From: Heteronotia binoei
Taxonomy: Eukaryota
Reading direction: 5' to 3'
Assembly (NCBI RefSeq): GCF_032191835.1
Contig: NC_083232.1
Span: 682,001-746,000, forward strand
Length of the DNA stretch: 64,000 bases
Shown here: positions 56,701 to 64,000 of the stretch, one piece after another
Numbering within the stretch: the first letter of the stretch is position 1
Layout: each line of letters begins with the position of its first letter
The notes under the pieces: model-generated
What the model saw: the letters and a program-made list of their open reading frames with translations, nothing else
What the model was told of the DNA's origin: nothing
Database searches by the model: none
Translations under genes and position numbers: made by a program

Positions 56701-59700
56701 ATGCAAGAAACTCACAAACACCTCCCCTCCCCTCCCCTCCACACCCGCCCAACGAGCCCTGCTCCACGGAGTCTTTAAGGAGGTTCTGAATATGGAGGGG
56801 AGCGAGTTTGGGGGAGGGTTCGTTTCCCCCCCCTTTAGTGAAGCCATGGGCTTCCATGGTTGTGAAGCTTGCACACCCAGGGTAGGCAACCGGGAGGAGG
56901 GGTGGTAGGCCTGTGACAGTCAAGGTGCTGAGACAGAACCTCCATTTGCCTCTGAATAGGAGCGCTTTGAGAGAAGTGACTGGGGAGAGCCTGTGTCCTG
57001 CTTGCCAGCTCCTGAGACTGGCTGTGCTTGGGACTTCTTTTTCAGGGCTGCCATTACGTTCTGGGAAAGGAGTCTGGCTATTTCCTGGCTCCCAGAGGAG
57101 GGGCCTGCCCTTTTGGGTCATTCCAGCTGATCCAAAGACAGCAACACTGGTTTGGGCAGCACATGAAAAAGCCGTTCAACCCTAGAGCCCATGGCCAGGG
57201 AGGCTGCCCAGGGCTCTTGGAAGCAAGGGAGGGGCCGTGGCTGCTGGAGCGGAAGGGTCTGAGGCTGAAGGGGAAAGGCCTTTCCCTGCTGCCGCCCTCC
57301 AGAGGTGAGACCAGTGTCCTGCCTGACCCTTCGTTCTGGCTCTCAGGCACACCTCCCAAGCAGTTGACCCCCGGCCCAATGACCACAGGTGTCTCTCAGA
57401 CCAGTCCTTTGGGAACATTCCTATAAGGACAAAAGAGAAGCCATGTTGGATCAGGCCAGTGGCCCATCCAGTCCAACATTCTGGGCCAAAACCCAGGGGC
57501 CATCAAGAGGTTCACTAGCAGGGCCAGAATGACTGAAGCCCCCCCTCCCCAGCACCAAGAAGACAGAGCATCATTACCCCAGACATAAGAGAAGCCCTTT
57601 TGGATCAGGCCAGCACTCTGCATCACACAGTAGCCGAAGCCCAGAGGCCGCCCAGAGGTCCCCCAGCGGGGCCTTGAGGCCAGAGCAGAGCCCAGAGGCT
57701 CAGGTGCCTGAAGAAAGGCAATTGGTCTAATCCTCACTGTGTTCCCATCTGCAGAAATTTAAATCCACAGACGGGGGCCGTGGAAAGAGGAGTGGGGCTT
57801 TGTTTCCTTTTTACCAACTGGGGGGGTCTTCAGAAAAATCGGGGGTGTTTCCCCTTCCCAGATGGGCCTCTATCAGCCACCTTCCTTCATCCCTCCCTCC
57901 TTCCCTTCCTGCAGCCACCAGCAAGCACTGGATCAGGTCCGCCAGCGGGCAGCTCACTGGACCATCTCAGAGACCAAAGCCTTCGTGGAGCTCTGGGGGG
58001 ACAACTGCGTCCAGACAGCGCTCTTTGACAACTACCGCAACGAGGTGCAGTACAAGCGGCTGTCGGAGAGGATGGGGAAGCTGGGCTTCCACCGCAACCT
58101 GGAGCAGTGCCGGCAGCGGGCCAAAGACTTGCGGAGGGGCTTCAAGGAGCTCAAGGACGGCCACCTGCACTCCAACCGGGCGCGCCAGACCATGCCTTTC
58201 TTCCCCCTCCTCGACCGCTTCCTGATGATCAGCCGGGGGCTGGTGATCCCCAAGGTGTGTGCCAACCGCGCCAGGCAGAAGGGCCGGAGGGGCCGGAGCC
58301 GGAGGGAGGAGCTGCCCAGAGAGCAGCCCCTCGTGCTCCTGCTGTCCCCCGGCGGCTCAGACTTGCACCGCCTCCCTCTCTCGGACCGGGACCGCTATGT
58401 CCACGCACTGGGGCTCCCCGGCTACCAGCTCCCGATGCCCGACCAGGTGGCAAGCCTTCCTGACTACAAGGTGCGGCTGCCCAAAGAAGATGCCAGGGGC
58501 CACGTGAGGGGGGTGCCCAGCTACCAGCTGCTGAGGCACGGTGACGCCTCGCTTCCCTGTGCCGCGGGACTCTCTGACTTCCCCCTACGGCTGCAAGACC
58601 AAGATGCCTCCTGCGTGCCCAGCCGCCTGCAGCAGCAAGAGGTGGCACTGGCTCCCCCCATCAACGGGCTCTCTGCCGCCAGCAGCCTCTGGCAGGAGAT
58701 GACTTCTGGCGCTCCCGAGCGCCCGGCCAGCACCGCAGCCCAGGGGAGCGTGCAGGGTAAGTGGGCCACCTCCTCTTGCCCCTGCCAGGGCCGGGGGGGA
58801 GCTGCGCTCAGGGCCTGGGCCAAAGAGGCCTCAGCAGTGCTCAAGCTGCGGGGGGGAGGGGGGGGAAGAGCAGGTTCTTCCTGTGCTCCTGCACGTTGGC
58901 CTCACCTTCTCACAGTCTCTAATGCACACCTCTACCCGCTGCCCCAAAAGACCTGCACTGGCTTCTTTTCCTAGCGCATCACAGGGCTGCTTGCCATTTT
59001 TTGCTGTGTTCGGGGGAAAGGTTTGTTTAAGGGCCCTTCAGAGGTTCTGGCTCTGCTGATGTATCCCTCTGCCACCCACCCCTCCTTTTGCAAAAACAGA
59101 CCCAGATAGGAAAAGGCAGGAGGCAGGAATACGTGGGAATTCCTGCTGGAACAGGGAGAGAGGCGCTAGCAGACAGGGTCTCTTCTGCTGGGGTCCCTCT
59201 GAAAAAGCACCACTCGGGAATCTCCAAAGAACATCTAGACTGACCCGTTAAGAAGGCAGCACAGCATGAAGAGCAAGAGCAGCTGGCAGGTGGAAGCAGC
59301 GGAGTCAGCTGGGGGGGGAGGCCCTCGGGCTTTGCTGGGGGGTCTGAGTCTCCCCCGGGCAACCAGTGCCATAAACTCCTTTGAGCTTAGGAAAATGTTT
59401 TCCAATCCATTTTATATTTTCAAGAACGAGAGAGAATGATCTTTGGAGACATGAATGAGGTAATGGTTCCTATGAAGAAATGCATTATTCTCCTGAGATG
59501 TTGGCATGCAGGAAAACTCCCCCCGCCCATCCCCGCCATGTGCATTCCCCCCCCCCCCCCACCTCTGGGCTGGAAAGATGGAAGTCAGCATGTCGTGAGC
59601 TTCCAGGCTCACCTTCTTACAAATGCCAGTTGAGCTAGCAGGACAGACAGTGGGATGGTTAAACGCCCCCCTTCTCCAAGCAGGGAGGCCAGCGTGTGGT

Positions 59701-62441
59701 GCTGTCAAATGCCAGAGAGCCTTTAGGGAGACAGGAAAAGGTGCCTTGGCGGACCTGGGTCAAGGGGCAGGGAAAGAGACTGGATAACATTCCTTGCAAC
59801 AGGAAGAGAAGGGCTCTTGCCGCTGGTCCATCAGGGGAGACTGACCTCTGACCTGAGGTCTAGGGAAGGTGGCCAGCCTAGAGGGCTCATGGACTCTTGA
59901 CATTGCAAAAGGTAATTGTGATCTGCAAAGCTTTTGGTTGTGTCTTTGCACTCTCTAGGATTAATAGCTAAGGTTTTTATATCAGTCCTTGAATATGTTT
60001 GGTGTCTGTTGGAAAAGAAAGTATAGTCCTTACACCTGGCTGGCTCCACCTCCTTTCAGTGTAGCAGCAGTCAGACTGTGAGGCCTCCATTGGGTCCAAC
60101 GTACTTGCTTGAGTCCAATTTATATTTTTTTTGGGGGGGGGAGTGAGATTTAGGGGGAGGGCTTGAAGATCAGAGGCCTTTTAAAATCTCCTTTTGCCCT
60201 GGATGCAGGAATGTGCACTCTGTACATGTTCATGCTCTTTTTGCTGTCACCTAAGATGGTATGGGGCAGTTTCAAACAGGCAACCAGCTAGGTAATGTGA
60301 GGCAGAATTTGCCATTTTAGTACCTATTGTTACTCTGTAATTTTAGATTTTATATATTTTAAATTGGGTTTTCCCTGCTGATTGTTTTAATGATGTAACG
60401 CACCCTGAGTCTGCTCTGCAGGAAGAGTGGGCTGAAAGCTGAATAAAATAAATAAAAATAATGCTGAGAGAAGAATTTGGGAGGGGAAACCCCAGTTGAG
60501 TAGCCCTTTCAAAATGACAGCAAATGTATTGCTATAGGATTCGGGGGTTCTTTGGGGGGTGTACTAAAAGGAATGACTGGATTACCCATTGGAAACAGCG
60601 GGAGAGGTTTGAAGGCCCATTAGAGATAATGGGAACCAGGAATGCCAATCGACTTGCATGCGCTCCATTGGAAAACACTGAGCTCAAGAAAAGTTGCAAA
60701 GAAAATGTGGAATGGATTTTCTGCTAAGGTCTCTTGAGTCCAGATAGGCTACTCTGGAACTGGAATGACAGACCCCCAGAATGGAATAACAGCCCCTGGG
60801 AGCAAAGTTAAGAAAGTTCAAAGTAGCTTAGTGTTTATTTCAGTTCCTCTGTATGTCTTATGCCAGTACTCCAGTTGATTCATTGTTGTACCTTCATGTG
60901 CTGCTCAAAACCATAATTTCCCACTGTCCAAAATCCCAGGAAATGATCTCTCTTCTTGTTCAGTCTTAAATCCTGGGAATCATGAACTTTGCTGCAGATA
61001 TTCAAAGAGTATTTTTACTGAAGCAAATTGTACTAACTAAGCGAAGCCAAAACAATGTATTTGTAATGGGTAGTGAGAGGGAAAAAATGAAAAAGGTGGT
61101 TGGATTCAAAAGGGGATTGAAAAAGGGCAAAACGAAATCCAGGTACGAGGCCCAGAGCCGCGCAGCAAAGTGGTGCTGAAATCCAAAGCAGTGGCAGCAA
61201 CTAACCCTTGGATTGTTTTCTGCCTCGCAGGGTGGCATCCAGGGAAAGCCCCGAGCTCCTCTGCCAAGCGCATGCGTGACCTCCGCTTGCGCCGCAGAAG
61301 GCAGCGGGCAGCGATGGCGCGGGTCTTGCTGGGGGCCAGTTATCGTCCAAATGACCGGACAGTGTGGAGCAAGACCCAGAAAACAGACTGGTGGGACAAC
61401 CTGCTCGCCGGCCAGTTTGACAACCATGAGTGGGTCCGTTACTTCCGCATGTCCCGGGACGCGGTGCTGGAGCTGGTCGAGAAGCTGCGGCCTGTGCTGC
61501 AGCGGGAGGACACCAACATGCGCGCAGCCATCCCCGTGGACAAGCGTGTGGCCCTCACGCTCTGGAAGCTCGCCACCTCAGACAGCTACAGATCTGTGGC
61601 CAACCAGTTTGGCGTCGGGGTGTCCACTGCATCTGTCATTGTGATGGAGGTGTGTGAGGCAATCCACGACGTGCTGCTGAAGCACGTTGTGCGGCTGGGA
61701 GACACGCAGGCTGTCATGGAAGGCTTTGACAGGGTCGGCTTCCCCAACTGCCTGGGGGTGGTGGATGAGACCCACATTCCCATCCTGTGTTCCCCCCACG
61801 GAGCCTCTGCCTACATCAATGGGAAGGGGCTGGTCTCCATGGTTCTGCAGGCCCTGGTGGACAGCGCTGGCCGGTTCATGGACGTGTACGCAGGCTGGTC
61901 TGGCGGGATGCAGGACTCCGGGCTGCCCTGGGGCTCCCCCCTCTTTGAGCGGATGGAGAAAGGCACTTTCGGTCCCCAGAGCACCACAGAGATTGAAGGC
62001 GTGGTCATGAGCCCAGTCCTGCTGGGAGGGCCCGCGTGTCCCCTGCGACCGTGGCTCATGACACCCTACCCCGAGGCCAGCAGCGAGCCCCGAGAGCGCT
62101 TCAACGCCATCTTGCACAAGTGCCGCATGGCCGTGACCTACGCCTTTGAACGGCTGAAAGGGCGCTGGCGGTGCCTCCTCAAGCGCCTGGATGTGGCAGA
62201 GAAGAACGTCCCGCTGGTGATTGTGGCCTGCTGCATCCTGCACAACATCTGCGAGACCCGGAACGAGGCCATGCAGGAGGGCTGGGAGGAGGGAATGGAC
62301 TATGCCGATCTGCCCTCAGCCACCTCGGAGAGCCCTGTGGACAGCAGCTGGGAGGCGGAAGAGGCAGGGGAGGCCCACTGCATCCGCGAGGCCTATTGCG
62401 CTCTCTTTGAAAAGAGGCGGCAGCAGGAGGAAGGGCTGTGA
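53665..62441 (+). CDS. Predicted KRAB / degenerate zinc-finger / Myb-SANT / Harbinger DDE-nuclease fusion gene (6 exons, 938 aa from KRAB-A; N-terminal exons unresolved)
   Basis: Exons 53665-53785 (phase 0-1), 54079-54195 (1-1), 55558-55692 (1-1), 56193-56583 (1-2), 57915-58756 (2-1), 61231-62441 (1-stop). All have pyrimidine-tract AG acceptors and GT donors; total 2817 nt with no internal stop. Confidence 0.75.
54079..54195 (+). CDS. KRAB-B-like exon
   Basis: ctgaccag|(V)[39 protein letters not shown]|gtgagt; [13 protein letters not shown] resembles KRAB-B PDLISRLERGEEP; phase 1-1. Confidence 0.65.
55558..55692 (+). CDS. Low-complexity linker exon
   Basis: ccctcctgcag|(G)AGTDGPSSW...[10 protein letters not shown]|gtgagt; phase 1-1, open frame. 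Confidence 0.6.
56193..56583 (+). CDS. Exon with degenerate C2H2 zinc fingers and CxxC pairs
   Basis: cccgcag|(G)[46 protein letters not shown]...LAAHRK...[10 protein letters not shown]...FKCFSCSCH...MYY AG|gtgcgg; phase 1-2. Confidence 0.75.
56652..56720 (-). repeat. CR1 3' end
   Basis: TAGAGTTGGAAGGGACCTCCAGGGTCATCTAGTCCAACCCCCTGCAC. Confidence 0.75.
57424..57700 (-). repeat. LINE 3' end of the same family as the 44.5-45.2 kb array
   Basis: AGAGAAGCCATGTTGGATCAGGCCAGTGGCCCATCCAGTCCAACA... Confidence 0.7.
57915..58756 (+). CDS. Myb/SANT-like (Myb_DNA-bind_4/trihelix type) DNA-binding domain exon
   Basis: [14 protein letters not shown]...[42 protein letters not shown]...[13 protein letters not shown] fits the Harbinger/MSANTD/ZSCAN29-type Myb pattern. 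Acceptor ttcctgcag at 57914; donor G|gtaagt after 58756. Confidence 0.88.
61231..62441 (+). CDS. PIF/Harbinger (HARBI1/ALP1-like, DDE_Tnp_4) nuclease exon, intact frame, catalytic site degenerate
   Basis: [95 protein letters not shown]. Acceptor ttttctgcctcgcag at 61230 gives phase 1 in this frame; TGA at 62439-62441. Confidence 0.93.
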
Positions 62442-62693
62442 CAGTGGGGGGAGAGGGAGGAGTGGGGGTTTGTGTGTGTGTGCTGTCCCTTCCCAGCTCT
62501 GGTTTCACTCAAAAGGACGGGGTGGGCTTACTCAGGTGACATGCCCCTCTGGTGTCCCTACTTCTTGGGGAAAAGGGACAGTCCACAGGGCGGCAAAGTC
62601 CGCCTTTTACCGGTTGCACTGTTTGACCTTTTATAAGCCTTTTATAAAAATCTTCTTCGCTTGAGGTAGTCAACTTTCATCCAGAGTCTCTCC

Positions 62694-62699
62694 AATAAA
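62694..62699 (+). terminator. Polyadenylation signal of the fusion gene
   Basis: AATAAA about 250 nt after the stop codon. Confidence 0.6.
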
Positions 62700-62870
62700 T
62701 GGTTTTCTTCTTCTTCTTCTTCTTCCACTGAGTCACCTTTAAAACCTGCTGGGTCCTGAACTAGCTCAGCTTCCTCCCCAAGAACAGAAGAAGACAAAGG
62801 AGTTTGTCAGCTGCTCTGAGTCTCTGATTCAGAGAGACGGGCGGGGTATAAACCTGCAATTCTTCTTCTT

Positions 62871-63492
62871 CAGGGGGGAGGAACCTTTTTTCTGCCAAGG
62901 GCCATATGGATATTTATAACATCATTCGTGGGCCATAAAAAATTATCAACTTAAAAAACAGTGCTCTGCCGAGAGAATGCAAATAATTGTTTTTCTATTT
63001 GAAGTCATGTGGGGGAGAGCTTAATCTGGCGCGTGCGCATGCACACACACACACGGCCTGCCGCCCTAGGCAAATGCATAAGTCCAGGGCTTTTTTGTAG
63101 AAAAAGCCCAGCAGGAACTCAGTAGCATATTAGAGCACATCCCCTAATATTAGCATATTAGGTCACACCCTCATTAGCATCTTAGGCCACACCCTCTGGG
63201 ATAATCAAGTGAAAACTGAACTGTGACAGTAACTTTTCCAGGCCCTGCAGCAATTCTGGCCGGCCAGCCAGGCTCCAGGGAGGCTGCTGCACAGTACATC
63301 TGGGCGCTGTGACCCCTGCCTGGTCCTGGGGAGGCTGCTGCACGGTGTGGCTGGGCCCCATGATCCTCGCTGGTCAGCCAGGCCCCAGGGAGGCTGCCAC
63401 ATGGCTCGGTTCAGTCCAGCAATCCCCAAGGTCCACACCAAGTGACCTCAAGGGCCGTATATGGACCTCGGGACGGAGGTTCCCCACCCCTG
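62871..63492. mobile_element. hAT-type MITE with nested repeat fragments
   Basis: CAGGGGGGAGGAACC (62871) pairs with GGTTCCCCACCCCTG (63478-63492), followed by TCTTAGAG. Confidence 0.55.
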
Positions 63493-64000
63493 TCTTAGAG
63501 GGAACACTTCTTCCCACAGGTGGAACCGGCCCCTTCAGGGTTCCTCTCCATCCCAGGAGCAGCTGGCCCTCTCCTGCTTCCTTCCCCACCCAGGGCTGCT
63601 GTTGCCTGTGTCTTTGGCCCGCCCCCCTCACTAACATGGGGAGAGAAGCAAAGCCAAGCCTTCCTTTCCTCTGTTGGCTGAGTGAGGTCTCCTCATTCAG
63701 GGAGAAGGGAAGGGGGAGGGAGGGAGAGAGAGAGAGAATTAGGTTGGAGTCCTGTGACACCTTTGTTGGTCTTAAGGCTTTATTCCTGGAATAAGCTTTC
63801 GGCTGCATGCACACTGCTTCAGAGGGAGGGAAGGAGGGAGGGAGGGGAGATTTTTCGGATAAGCACAATTTACATTGAGATCACCTTGCTCTGCTGTTTG
63901 CTTTGAAAGCTGATCGCCCTCGGGGGTTAGAAAAGGAGCAGGAAAGAGGTGCCTCTGAGATAAGAGGAATTAAAAGGAAATTGTTTCGTGAACACTTGGA

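Noticed and set aside
61170-62441. Stand-alone HARBI1 ortholog or active Harbinger transposon
   Set aside because: The ORF-track start is a GTG upstream of a strong in-phase acceptor; catalytic residues are lost; no flanking TIR/TSD was seen; the sequence differs from HARBI1 as I recall it.
60057-63816. Harbinger-TIR-like words CAGTGTAGCAGCAG (60057) and GGCTGCATGCACACTG (63801) around the nuclease exon
   Set aside because: They point outward, not inward, and match imperfectly, so they cannot be the ends of one element.

Overview
Vertebrate genomic DNA from a squamate reptile; the SINE/CR1 repertoire suggests a gecko (inference). The window is syntenic with human 7q36.1. It holds the last 8 coding exons of NOS3 (+), a complete 13-coding-exon ATG9B (-) with a U12-type AT-AC intron, and a complete 16-exon ABCB8 (+) sharing a CpG-island promoter with ATG9B. 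Where mammals have ASIC3, there is a multi-exon gene whose exons join in frame at canonical splice sites: KRAB-A, KRAB-B-like, linker, degenerate C2H2 fingers, Harbinger-type Myb/SANT domain, then a Harbinger/HARBI1-like DDE nuclease with lost catalytic residues (938 aa from KRAB-A to stop). This predicted single-chain fusion of both PIF/Harbinger proteins to KRAB is the main candidate novelty. Introns carry decayed L1, CR1, L2 and Rex1/Babar LINEs, tRNA-derived SINEs and hAT MITEs, including a TSD-flanked L1 with a second L1 nested in frame, a 10x67-bp array of a CR1 3' end and a GC-rich VNTR. All gene models come from manual reading of splice sites and phases; family assignments rest on remembered consensus sequences, and no database search or RNA evidence was available.
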